From IMG/VR virus record IMGVR_UViG_3300027911_000003, positions 1 to 60,286 of that record: 60,286 nt of DNA; one strand, written 5' to 3'. The translations under genes were made by a program, and so were the position numbers. Positions 44,002 to 53,462 of the stretch are shown in pieces. The notes beneath the pieces are model-generated. The model worked only from the letters and a program-made list of their open reading frames with translations. It ran no database searches and was not told where the DNA came from. Numbering within the stretch: the first letter of the stretch is position 1; every line of letters begins with the position of its first letter. Source of the stretch: a virus. Taxonomy: Duplodnaviria > Caudoviricetes.

Positions 44002-44846
44002 GGATGCACTCCTGCGAACCGAGTTATTATATCGACCAAAATAGCGGCGGCAACGCCTGCTACTATAGCTATCCCGACTATAATGGCGCCCGCCTGCCCA
44101 AGCCCTTTTTCGCGTCCGGCTCCTGAATCCGCATGGGTCCGCAAAAGCGTAATCGCATTCGCCATATCGCGAAGCGCGTTCGCGGTCGTCGGATCAGAGA
44201 TACTCGTTCGGCTTTCCATCGCGACAATGCGGTCCTTCAAATCATTCACCTTGTCGTCGCTGTTGCGTTTGATATCATTCAGCTTGTCATCGAGCGATTT
44301 GGCGCTCCCAGCGACATTGAGGGCGAGAGTATCCAGCGCTTTGGTGAAGGCGGCTTCCTGTTTCTGGCTCGCGAGATAATTCGCTTGATTTTGCGTCGCC
44401 ACGCCCGTTGCCGCCGCCGCGAACGCGGCATCCACGGCGCTTTTAACGTCCGCCGCCGCTTTAATGGTCGCCTTGTCATTGAGGTCGAATCGATCATGGA
44501 CAAGTTGTCGGTTGGCCGCTACCGTGTCTGATAGCGCTGCGATCTTTGTCGTCAGCAATTCCTTGACGGCATCACGGCCATTTTGCGCTTTTTCGACTTC
44601 GGCGTTAATTTGAATAGCAAACCGTTTTTCAATATCGCTTATCGCAATATCGACGTGCCGATTGAGCGTGGTTTCAATCGACCTGATATGTCCTTCAAGA
44701 CCCGTAACGCGTGTCTCGATGATATCGCGTAGGCTCGATGTCGCCTTCGTCACTAACTCATTAGTGAGTTGCGTCGGGTCTGGAACAGGTCGTGTGCCGC
44801 CAGCAAACTGAACCATTTCCGATTGAGAAGGCAATCTTTCGACCAT
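43998..44846 (-). CDS. Long coiled-coil protein with C-terminal TM anchor
   Basis: AAGGAG RBS; heptads; GAIIVGIAIVAGVAAAILV. Confidence 0.78.
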   Translation of the reverse strand: MVERLPSQSEMVQFAGGTRPVPDPTQLTNELVTKATSSLRDIIETRVTGLEGHIRSIETTLNRHVDIAISDIEKRFAIQINAEVEKAQNGRDAVKELLTTKIAALSDTVAANRQLVHDRFDLNDKATIKAAADVKSAVDAAFAAAATGVATQNQANYLASQKQEAAFTKALDTLALNVAGSAKSLDDKLNDIKRNSDDKVNDLKDRIVAMESRTSISDPTTANALRDMANAITLLRTHADSGAGREKGLGQAGAIIVGIAIVAGVAAAILVDIITRFAGVHP

Positions 44847-44852
44847 CGCTCC

Positions 44853-45641
44853 TTAATTCCCGAACGCGAGGAGATCGGATTGAAGCTGCCCGATGTCGAA
44901 ACCAGAGGGCGCTTTCGCGGTCGCATCATTAACCCAATCGGCGCTTAGGATCGCGTAGGTCTCGCCATGAAACCGCGGAGTTCCATACTTGGCCAGAAAC
45001 TCGGGCGTCATCGCCCCGCGCATGCCCCACGTCGAGATTTGCAGATTTTTCTTGGCGTCATAGCCGAGCGCGCACCAGCAATGCCCATTCGCGTCGCTCG
45101 GCGCCCCAGACGTGTCGCTCCAAACGAAACCACTCTCTTGCGGAAACGGATTGACCGCGCTATCGGGAAGGCTCGCGCCGATATAGATGTTGCCAAACAA
45201 CCAAATCGCCGCGCGCACAAGGTCTATATCTCCCCCGTCAACCGCAACCCAAGCACTCATCTTGTGCGGGGGCTTCGTTCCCAGGCCATTCTCCGCCCAA
45301 TAGTTCATGACCGTGACTTCATCGCCGCCATTGTCTGTCTCGGGCTTTCCTGGGACATAGCCCGTTGTCAGCGAATAAAATTTGATCGCGTCTTCTTTGG
45401 TGAAAGTGATCGGCTTGCCGTTGTTGGCGAGCCATGAACCCGCGATATGAAAGGCCCCCGCCGCAGTGCAATCCCCGAGTTCGTCATTCGCGAGCATCTG
45501 ATCGAGCCATTTGACCGCCTTGAGCGTATAATCGCACTCGAGCGGGGGCGTAGGCAGAATACTCTTATCGACGTAGGTTCCGAACGTCAGCGGCGGGGAG
45601 GAAAAGCGCGGACGGATGCGCCCCATTCGGAACGTTTTCAT
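44853..45641 (-). CDS. Papain-fold cysteine peptidase
   Basis: NDELGDCTAAG (Cys), GHCWCALGYD (His), ISTWG. Confidence 0.75.
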   Translation of the reverse strand: MKTFRMGRIRPRFSSPPLTFGTYVDKSILPTPPLECDYTLKAVKWLDQMLANDELGDCTAAGAFHIAGSWLANNGKPITFTKEDAIKFYSLTTGYVPGKPETDNGGDEVTVMNYWAENGLGTKPPHKMSAWVAVDGGDIDLVRAAIWLFGNIYIGASLPDSAVNPFPQESGFVWSDTSGAPSDANGHCWCALGYDAKKNLQISTWGMRGAMTPEFLAKYGTPRFHGETYAILSADWVNDATAKAPSGFDIGQLQSDLLAFGN

Positions 45642-46150
45642 TTGATCGTCCTCGCGCTCGGCTCCGCCACCGGCGCCAATTTCGCCCCAAGAGCCCATAA
45701 GACCCACATGAAAGTGTCCGGCGTTATCGTGCGCAGGGGATCGGGCTTGATCGGCGCTCCCATGCCAATTTCTACCAGAGATTGTAGCATTACGGCGCTG
45801 CAATACCAAGCGTTCGGCCAGCCAGCGGCGCGGTTCCACTCCGCGAAGGCGTTTTCCGCCATGCCTAGGATCGCCGCCCAATCGTATTTTTTGCCGATCT
45901 GCGACGTCAGCCAATTACGATGCCGAACCGCCTGTGAATCGCTGACCTGCAATGTCGCCCATGTCCACGAGAGCGACGGCAATTCGCTTTCGATCGTCCG
46001 AACCTGAAATCCATCGCCCAAATGCGCGGATATGAGACCGTCGCCATAGCGGCATCCGACATGGGAATAATGCGTGCCGAGCCCTGCGAGGCGGATAACG
46101 CGGGAGAATAACCTATTTGAAGTCGTGGCGTAGAAGACGATCTGCGCCAC
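45638..46150 (-). CDS. Permuted papain-like (YiiX/YebB, NlpC/P60-type) enzyme
   Basis: YSHVG (His) precedes QIGKKYDW...WYCS (Cys)...ITP. Confidence 0.8.
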   Translation of the reverse strand: MAQIVFYATTSNRLFSRVIRLAGLGTHYSHVGCRYGDGLISAHLGDGFQVRTIESELPSLSWTWATLQVSDSQAVRHRNWLTSQIGKKYDWAAILGMAENAFAEWNRAAGWPNAWYCSAVMLQSLVEIGMGAPIKPDPLRTITPDTFMWVLWALGAKLAPVAEPSARTIK

Positions 46151-46152
46151 TG

Positions 46153-46710
46153 TCAGGGCCTAGCAAGGCCGCATGTCGCCGCGCGCCTCTCGGACTGCCA
46201 AAATGTCGGGAAGCCACCCTTGGCGTGCGACGCGGACACTAGCTCGAAGAAATGCGCCATCCAAGCCGGATCGGTCGAAGGATCGCTGTGGCCGCCGCCG
46301 AGCGGACCCGTTTCGTAATGCGAGCAAATCCCAGGCGTCCGTCCCGCCTGAGATCGAACGCAAGGAATATCCATCGCGTGGAGATGGAAAGCGAAGATAT
46401 CGGCGAGCGCCTGGATTTCGACCGCAGCGAACCCCTTGGCGGAAATACCCGCCATCTCGAACCCGATCGAACGTGGATTGACGTTGCAGGCATGCCAAGC
46501 CTTCATGCCGATGTCGACCATTTGCGTCGCCTCGCCGCCATCCTCCCGAATGACGAAATGCGCGCTGACTTGGCTCTGCCGCATCTGAAACCAAGAGACG
46601 GCGCCCGAATAGCCGCCCTCCGTATCGTGAAGGACAAGCAAGTCGATGTGCGCGCCGCCGCGAGATGAGAAATTCGGCGAGGGAACCCATTTGAGAGGAG
46701 GTAGCGTCAT
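46153..46710 (-). CDS. Endolysin, N-acetylmuramoyl-L-alanine amidase (Amidase_2)
   Basis: SPNFSSR..LVLHDTEG..VSAHFVI..KAWHA..N.RSIGFE..H..HSDP. Confidence 0.92.
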   Translation of the reverse strand: MTLPPLKWVPSPNFSSRGGAHIDLLVLHDTEGGYSGAVSWFQMRQSQVSAHFVIREDGGEATQMVDIGMKAWHACNVNPRSIGFEMAGISAKGFAAVEIQALADIFAFHLHAMDIPCVRSQAGRTPGICSHYETGPLGGGHSDPSTDPAWMAHFFELVSASHAKGGFPTFWQSERRAATCGLARP

Positions 46711-47000
46711 CGTCGTATCATCCACGGGTCAGAGCCACGGATCGGATTACGCACTTGGGCTTCCGGCTTTGAATATTTCGCCAGCGCAAGCCCGGCTTTG
46801 AACGCATGCGGGCCTATGTCTTTGACAATTCCGAACGAGAACGGCGTGTGAGAAAAAATCGCGCAGCCAATGTCGATCATCGTCATCGGGACATAAAGCA
46901 ACTGCAACTCGTTATCTGGAATCGCATCCGCAAACTGAACAACCAGAGGATGCGTAACTGCGCAAACAATGGCCGCGACGAGAATGATCGGCGCGGCCAT
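46707..47000 (-). CDS. Membrane protein
   Basis: Hydrophobic N-terminus; lysis region. Confidence 0.55.
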   Translation of the reverse strand: MAAPIILVAAIVCAVTHPLVVQFADAIPDNELQLLYVPMTMIDIGCAIFSHTPFSFGIVKDIGPHAFKAGLALAKYSKPEAQVRNPIRGSDPWMIRR

Positions 47001-47003
47001 GCG

Positions 47004-47225
47004 TTAGCTCTTTAGCGCGGCCTTGATACTCGCGAAGAAAGGACCGATCGCGTTCTTGACGCCGTCCAATGCCGACTGCCGAGCGAAAAAAGGCACGTTC
47101 GCGTCGATCATGTCTGCGAGCGCTTTGTCGAGAATAGGACCCGAGGTCGGGACAATCGCGTAACCCGCCATTTCAAGCGCGGCCTCAAGATCGGGGCCTA
47201 GAATCGTGTCGAGAGGCGTGGTCAT
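47004..47225 (-). CDS. Hypothetical protein
   Basis: 73 aa. Confidence 0.6.
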   Translation of the reverse strand: MTTPLDTILGPDLEAALEMAGYAIVPTSGPILDKALADMIDANVPFFARQSALDGVKNAIGPFFASIKAALKS

Positions 47226-47231
47226 GCGAAA

Positions 47232-47744
47232 TTATCCCATACCCGTAGAGATTTCCTGTTGCATCATCATGATGATTTGCAGCGGATTGGCCGGCGGAGG
47301 CGTCGTCATCAAAGACTGCGCCTGCCCGACAATCGCAGCCGATGCACCGGGGACCAGCGCGAGTTGTTTTGCTTCCTCGTAGAGAAGCGCCGGATTGCTG
47401 GAGACTGCCGCCATCGTTGTGATCAACTGCTTTTCCGCAGCGAGACCCGGATGCGTGAGACCGATAATCGCGGACACGCCGCCCGGGATCGCGCTCGCGT
47501 TGGCGCCTAGGCCCGTCAGCAATTGGCCCAGCCCATTGCCGAGGCCTGTCCAGTTCGTGCCTTTGCGCAGAATGCCGCCGCGCGCGTGGGTCAGACTGAT
47601 GATGGACGCGACGCCCGCAGGGATTTTCGCGGGTTCGATTTTGAGAGTGGTCAGGACCTTCGTCAGGCCCGCGTGGAGATCGGGCGGGGCTGATGCGCCG
47701 GGGTCCGGATGCACCGCGTCCTTGGTCGTCGGATAGGCTGTCAT
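47232..47744 (-). CDS. Hypothetical protein with internal repeat
   Basis: AAGGAG RBS; IPAGVASIISLTH / IPGGVSAIIGLTH. Confidence 0.7.
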   Translation of the reverse strand: MTAYPTTKDAVHPDPGASAPPDLHAGLTKVLTTLKIEPAKIPAGVASIISLTHARGGILRKGTNWTGLGNGLGQLLTGLGANASAIPGGVSAIIGLTHPGLAAEKQLITTMAAVSSNPALLYEEAKQLALVPGASAAIVGQAQSLMTTPPPANPLQIIMMMQQEISTGMG

Positions 47745-47757
47745 GGGCTGCTCCTTT

Positions 47758-48192
47758 TCACGAGGGATAAGGGTCGTAAGGGTTCGACGGATTTACCGCC
47801 GCGCCCGGCTGTATAGCCGATACCGGGACTAAAACATAGCCCGTAGGCGGCGTTGTCCACCCAGGCGGACGATAGGGCCAGTCCGGGTGATAGGGGTTCC
47901 ATGGGTTCGGGTCCCAAGGCGGCTGATGGTCCCAAGGGCGGTGCCAGTCAGGGTGCGATGGGTTCCACGGCGGCGGAGGCATGCCTGACGAGATTTGCGG
48001 CAATCGCCAATCTGTCGGGTCGTTTGGATTGTAGGGCCGGTTCGGATCGTTCGGGTTCCAATGCGGCGGGTCGGGCTGACGCTGCGGCCAGTTAGGATGC
48101 GGCATTTCTGGCGGCGAGGGTGCGGGCGATACTGGCACGCCCGACCGATCGTGATCGTCATCGTGCGCGTGAGGTCCATCGTTTGGCGTCAT
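47758..48192 (-). CDS. Pro/Trp/Asp/His-rich repeat protein
   Basis: GGAGG RBS; WNPxHPDW-type repeats. Confidence 0.7.
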   Translation of the reverse strand: MTPNDGPHAHDDDHDRSGVPVSPAPSPPEMPHPNWPQRQPDPPHWNPNDPNRPYNPNDPTDWRLPQISSGMPPPPWNPSHPDWHRPWDHQPPWDPNPWNPYHPDWPYRPPGWTTPPTGYVLVPVSAIQPGAAVNPSNPYDPYPS

Positions 48193-48201
48193 TGCGGCCT
48201 C

Positions 48202-48864
48202 CTAGTGTGCGGGTGGCGCCCCAAGCGTGGGAACAGTTGGACTTGTCGCCGCGCCGGGGACGGGAAGGACCACCGGTGGAACCGGTGCCGCGGTCGTCGC
48301 CGCGAGAGAAATCTGCGGAATGTTCGAACACACATCGCCGAACGGATTGAACTGCGCGCCTACAATATTCGTGCTGATCGGCAACGCGGACTTGATCCGC
48401 TTTATCCATGCCGCCGCATCGTTGAAAACCGTCGTACACGCGGGCATTGCGCAGACTTTGTTGAGCACGATGTTGACGAGACGGAGGTTCTCGATGTCCG
48501 GCGCGATGTGAAGCGTCGCGGGCACGGGATGCGCTTTGACGATGCGGCCCAGCGGTGCAAACGCGGCCCAGCACGCGGCTCCGTTCGGGTCCTGCACGTC
48601 AGGGTCGGCTGTTGCCGCCGCCGCCGCGGCGATGAAATCGCTGTTGATAATGTCGGCGATCTGCGCGAGAGGGCCGGTTTTGAAAATATCGTTGTCCGCC
48701 GATGGTCCGTTCGTTGTCGATCCGGCATTGTTCAATCCGGCGGGATCAAAGGGAAGCGGGATCGGCAATTTCGCGCTCATTCCCCGATCTACAGGCGTAA
48801 AGTTCGGGTCGGCCATCGCGGGAACCGAAAACGCGATCAGGGCGATGATGAGAGCGCGGCGCAT
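48202..48864 (-). CDS. Secreted helical protein, 4 Cys
   Basis: MRRALIIALIAFSVPAMA|D; follows the holin-like gene. Confidence 0.75.
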   Translation of the reverse strand: MRRALIIALIAFSVPAMADPNFTPVDRGMSAKLPIPLPFDPAGLNNAGSTTNGPSADNDIFKTGPLAQIADIINSDFIAAAAAATADPDVQDPNGAACWAAFAPLGRIVKAHPVPATLHIAPDIENLRLVNIVLNKVCAMPACTTVFNDAAAWIKRIKSALPISTNIVGAQFNPFGDVCSNIPQISLAATTAAPVPPVVLPVPGAATSPTVPTLGAPPAH

Positions 48865-49304
48865 TAGGAAGCGACCTTTATTGGAGCCGCGTTTTTCAAG
48901 TCAGGATGCGGCTCGGGAACCGGCGCCGAGTTCGATTGCAGCTTGCCGATCTCGCCCGCGACCTTGGCCGCGATCCATTCCGGCGTCACGCCAAGCGTTT
49001 CGATCGCTTTCGGCTCGCTGCTTTGGATTGACCGCACCGCGTCTGCAACCATCGGGTTCTTGACCGTGACCGTCGTGTTGGAGAGGTTGTCAGCCGCCTT
49101 CGCGACCATGACGCCCGCTTGCGTCGCAGCGGCTTTTTCGATCCGATCGAGCGCCTGCTGATCTAGGCGGATGCCCGTATATTTCTGCCAAGCCATTGCG
49201 AGCCAGCCGACCGCGCCCGCGACCAAAATCCCGACGATAGGCGAGATCAATTGCGCGATCAGATTGATTGTCGGCGCGAGGGACACTGTTTCTTCGGTCG
49301 TCAT
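48864..49304 (-). CDS. Holin-like single-TM protein
   Basis: AAGGAG RBS; N-terminal TM then amphipathic cytoplasmic domain (LL-H holin-like layout). Confidence 0.6.
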   Translation of the reverse strand: MTTEETVSLAPTINLIAQLISPIVGILVAGAVGWLAMAWQKYTGIRLDQQALDRIEKAAATQAGVMVAKAADNLSNTTVTVKNPMVADAVRSIQSSEPKAIETLGVTPEWIAAKVAGEIGKLQSNSAPVPEPHPDLKNAAPIKVAS

Positions 49305-49352
49305 GTTCGCTCCTTTTTACAGCCTAAATGCGTCATGGGCATGATCGCCCAT

Positions 49353-52300
49353 TTAGCAGGGATTCGCGGGCGCGTTTATTCGCACAATTGATCCGTAGTC
49401 CGGCGAGCCCGTGATTGGCAACCCCGCATCGCAGGTCACGTGATCGAGAACCCAGCCGCCATAAGTTCCGACAACGTTTGTAAACGACTGCCCCGTACCA
49501 TTAAAGATGTCATCCTGTATAAGAACATTATTGAACGTATTAGGAGAATATGGAACCGCGAAATCTCCGGTCGGATCAAAGGCTATGTTTCCAGAGGCGT
49601 TATTGGATGAGAGAAGAGTGGATTCCGCAACAACGGAGTTCGTGATCAAGGCGCCGCCCTTTGCAAACCATGCGCGAGCATTAGTGTGCGCTTGATTCGT
49701 CACTGTTGCTTTGTAAACGATCAGATTTGTGAATCCGGTTTCGTCGTTCCAATAGACAACATCCGAGTGGATTTCCCCTTGGCTGATTTGGACGGTAGAT
49801 CCCGCAGTTATGCCGCCAGCAGCTATTGGGTAATTGAAAGTGATCCGCGCGTGGTAGCCGGAATTCCCGGTCAACTGGCCGCATCCGCTCGGCTGCCCAT
49901 AGGATAGATCATCCAAGCACGAGATGACTGGAATGTTTCCTGCCGCCCCCGTGAAGGCCGCACTATTGTTGATCGCCCATTGGTTCGCATTCTGCCCGCA
50001 ATAGGCTTGGCTCGCGCCGTTGGTATTGCAATTGGAATCGTATGATCCGATGAGGTTCGAGGCGATGCTTGTGACCGCACTACCCGTGAAAGTCAGAGCG
50101 AAGCATGCGCCGACGCCACTCGACCCGGAAACCGTCGATTGGCAGACAGTGATCGGGTTCGGCGAAGGCGTTGTGCAGTTGCCTGCATTCGATCCGTTCG
50201 TTCCCGGGGGAGAAATCGCAATGATCTGCCCGTTGTAAATGTTGACTGCGTTGGCCGCCGGAAGCGCAACTGTTGGAGCCGTAACGCACGTCAGCCCCGC
50301 CGCCGCGATGTTGAGTGAAATGATATTATTTGCGCTGTAGTTGAAGCTCCCGTTGCCATAGGGCGAGAACGGGAAGTTACCCGCGTTTGTATCGGGAACC
50401 GCTGCCGTTGAATTTCCGGGATTTGGTAAATTTGCGACGAGATTGAGCGTCCACGGGCCGACGCCCGCGCAAGATGGCGCGCAGCTTGTGGCGGTCCCGC
50501 CGGCAAATACGGTCCAGCTATTGCCCTGCCAATACCCGACCGTGTCCAGCGTCGCGATGTTAGCGACGGCGTTGCCAACGCCGGGCGCTTGGCCGCCGAT
50601 GCGCACAAACGTCACATTGTCGTCGTAAGAGCCGAGATTGCGCGTGATATATTTTTCGGTCGTATTCGAGGTATAGACCGCGCCGCCGATGAAATTGTCC
50701 TGCGTTACCGTTCCCGGGCACGCGCCGGCATAATTGATCGGCTTCGAGCAGCCGGCCTGGTTTAAGAGGCCATTGTTAGTCTCGCCCGCGCCGATCACCA
50801 AAGCCCCGTTCAACCAGGCCATGGTCTGGCCGTTCATCACCGGCGTGATCTGGGTTCCGGAAAAATCGATCTTGCCGTCGTAGGACCACGCCTGGATGCC
50901 GCCGCTGGCGGTCACGGCGGTGGTGACGGATTGGTAGTTTCCAGACTGCCCGGCGCAATGCTGGCTGATTTTGCCCCAGCCATTGCCAACGGCGATCACG
51001 GCGCCGGCATTGATGCCTTGCTGAGAGGTGACGCCAATCCACGCATATTGCTGCGGAAAACTGGCGGTTCCGTCCATCAGGCAAAACGTCAGTTCATCGC
51101 TGATGCTGACGGCCTGAGACGTGCCCGCATAGGTGCTCAGCGCGCAGACATTCGCCGTGCTGTTTGGATTGGTCGAGAGCGTCACCGTGGCGCTGCCGGC
51201 GGTGAGGCCGTTCGAACTCACGACATAGAGCGGTTGCTGCGGACTGACGGTCGCGCCGCCCGTCGCCGCTGTCGTCATAATTGAACCCGCCGGACTAATA
51301 CTTGCGAAGGTCAACTCGTCGCCAGCAACGAACGCGCCGAGCGAGGCGGGCGATTGAAACTCCCACGCATAGACCGTGAACGTCGAGACTGTGCTGCCAC
51401 AGGAGCTAGAGGAACCGGTCGGCGACGCCGTCGTGTTGGTCGTTCGCGCCGAATAGCTCTTCATCGCGAGCCCGACGGCATAGGAGAGATTGTTGCACGG
51501 CGCGGTCGAGGTCAGGCAATTGCCGCTATCGCTCGCCGCGCTCGTCGCGGTCGCGCAATTGGCCCCGGCGGTTTGAGCGCAAATCCAGAAGGTGTGCGTC
51601 GATGCGAAGGCGGTCAGATTGCCGTTGGCATTGGTGTTGATCCAGAGCGAATCGGAGAGCGAGTTGCCCTGGATGCCGGCGCGCTTGAGCGTAAGCTGCC
51701 CGTCCGTGCAATCGTTGGCGCCGCCGTCGGTCATATCGACGCCGCCGCTGAATGTCAGCGTCTGCGAGACCGTCCCATAGCCGCCTGCGGTCGTGATGTT
51801 GTAGGTCGCGCCGCTGCTGCCCGCCGTACCGCTCGCGAGCGCTCCCGTCGAATAGATCGTCCCGCTTTCGTTGAAATTCGCGCTCGTAACTTTGAGTTCG
51901 CCGCCCGTACCGAAGCCGCCAGATAACGTTACGATTCCGCTCGGGCCGGTGAGATAGTTTCCGCCCGCGCTGATCGAGCCGGCGGTGATGCCGCCGTTGC
52001 CATCGATCGCCGAGACCGTGAAGGTCGCCTGCGTAAAAAGCCCGGAACCGCCGGCGATATTGAGCACGTCGCCGTTGTGATAGCCATTGCCGGTCGTGGT
52101 CCCCGCCCCGGCGAGCGCCCCCGCCGTCGCCGACCCGGAAACATAGGTCATCGTGAAGGCGGCGCCGCGATTGGTGGTCCTGTCCGGGCTGACGGACGAC
52201 TGAACGACTGGATTGGATGGCGTAACCGAATAGGTTCCGGCGGTCTGGATTGAGAACGTCAGGATCGCGCCATTCGCGTCGACGCTCAAAACCTTGAGGA

Positions 52301-53462
52301 CGGTCGCGGTCGTGAACGTGCCACCGGCGAGCGTCAGTAGATCATTGACCGCGTAGTTGTAGCCACCCGGCCCGACCGCGGCGGCGTTGACATATTGCAC
52401 CGTCCAAGAAACCGTCGAATCGAACAGCGCGGCTTTGCCGTAGGCGCTGGTGAAATTCGAGCCCAGCGTCAGCACGCCGCCAGAGATCGATCCGGTGACG
52501 CTACCGCTATGCGCAAGGCCGAATGCGTTGCCGGTGTAATTGCTGTCGGTGCGGACGGCGTAGGATGTGTCGCTCGTGCTCAGGCACAGCGCCGCGCCGC
52601 TGGTTCCGGTCAGCGTCAGCGCGACGCCCGAATTCCAGCCATGCGGCTCGGGGTTGGCGCCAGTAAAGACGCTCTCCGAAATGACTGTCGCGGTCGGCGA
52701 GCCCGTTCCCGCGCCGCTCAGGGTTTGTGAGCCCTGCGGGCCGGCGGTGGTATAAACGCCGCCGCCGCTATAGGCGGCTTTTGCGCTGGCGATGGCGCTG
52801 CCGCTGATGGTCGAGACCGTCCCGAACGCCGCCGTGGTGACGCCGCTGCCGCCGCCGATGGTGACCGCGGCCCCTGTCGCCCAGCCGCTGCCGCCAGAGG
52901 CGCCGCTGATGCTGGAGACGCCCTGGTAGCTCGCCGAATAGCCCCGGCTGTCTTGCAGGACAAAAGGCGGCCCGACGACAGGATAAATGATCGCTCGGAT
53001 TTCGTGCCGCCCATCCGTCCAAGTCGCGGGGTTGAACGGGACGCAATAGAGAGCAAGCCCGTCCAGCGGCGTCATCGCCGTGGCGGCTGTTCCCCCATCC
53101 GCAAAAAACGCGACTTTGTAAATCCCCGGCGTCGTGACGGTTCCGCTCGAGCCTGGCTTGGCATGGAACCCGTCGACGCAGAAATAATTCGTTCCCGAGA
53201 TGAAGGTTTGAAACGGTCGAAGCGTATTTGTCGGATTGCCGCTCCAAACGCCAAAAGCGTCGAAGCCGTAGCCGTAGGTTGAAGAGTTAAACCCGAGGTT
53301 CGTCTGGGGCGCGGGCTCGGCGATTGGAGCCCATGCCGAGCCTTGGACTGACCCCGGCACGAGAAACCCCGGCGAGCCGTGCGTCCATGCGTCCGCGAAC
53401 TGAGGGAGGGCGAGCAGGCTGCAAACGAGCGCCCCTAGGACAAGGGCGAGACGCTTCAGCAT
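49353..53462 (-). CDS. Giant secreted multidomain fibre/adhesin, 1369 aa
   Basis: MLKRLALVLGALVCSLLALPQFADA|WTHG; G/S/T/A-rich beta repeats; 26 Cys; ends in Cys. Confidence 0.85.
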   Translation of the reverse strand: MLKRLALVLGALVCSLLALPQFADAWTHGSPGFLVPGSVQGSAWAPIAEPAPQTNLGFNSSTYGYGFDAFGVWSGNPTNTLRPFQTFISGTNYFCVDGFHAKPGSSGTVTTPGIYKVAFFADGGTAATAMTPLDGLALYCVPFNPATWTDGRHEIRAIIYPVVGPPFVLQDSRGYSASYQGVSSISGASGGSGWATGAAVTIGGGSGVTTAAFGTVSTISGSAIASAKAAYSGGGVYTTAGPQGSQTLSGAGTGSPTATVISESVFTGANPEPHGWNSGVALTLTGTSGAALCLSTSDTSYAVRTDSNYTGNAFGLAHSGSVTGSISGGVLTLGSNFTSAYGKAALFDSTVSWTVQYVNAAAVGPGGYNYAVNDLLTLAGGTFTTATVLKVLSVDANGAILTFSIQTAGTYSVTPSNPVVQSSVSPDRTTNRGAAFTMTYVSGSATAGALAGAGTTTGNGYHNGDVLNIAGGSGLFTQATFTVSAIDGNGGITAGSISAGGNYLTGPSGIVTLSGGFGTGGELKVTSANFNESGTIYSTGALASGTAGSSGATYNITTAGGYGTVSQTLTFSGGVDMTDGGANDCTDGQLTLKRAGIQGNSLSDSLWINTNANGNLTAFASTHTFWICAQTAGANCATATSAASDSGNCLTSTAPCNNLSYAVGLAMKSYSARTTNTTASPTGSSSSCGSTVSTFTVYAWEFQSPASLGAFVAGDELTFASISPAGSIMTTAATGGATVSPQQPLYVVSSNGLTAGSATVTLSTNPNSTANVCALSTYAGTSQAVSISDELTFCLMDGTASFPQQYAWIGVTSQQGINAGAVIAVGNGWGKISQHCAGQSGNYQSVTTAVTASGGIQAWSYDGKIDFSGTQITPVMNGQTMAWLNGALVIGAGETNNGLLNQAGCSKPINYAGACPGTVTQDNFIGGAVYTSNTTEKYITRNLGSYDDNVTFVRIGGQAPGVGNAVANIATLDTVGYWQGNSWTVFAGGTATSCAPSCAGVGPWTLNLVANLPNPGNSTAAVPDTNAGNFPFSPYGNGSFNYSANNIISLNIAAAGLTCVTAPTVALPAANAVNIYNGQIIAISPPGTNGSNAGNCTTPSPNPITVCQSTVSGSSGVGACFALTFTGSAVTSIASNLIGSYDSNCNTNGASQAYCGQNANQWAINNSAAFTGAAGNIPVISCLDDLSYGQPSGCGQLTGNSGYHARITFNYPIAAGGITAGSTVQISQGEIHSDVVYWNDETGFTNLIVYKATVTNQAHTNARAWFAKGGALITNSVVAESTLLSSNNASGNIAFDPTGDFAVPYSPNTFNNVLIQDDIFNGTGQSFTNVVGTYGGWVLDHVTCDAGLPITGSPDYGSIVRINAPANPC

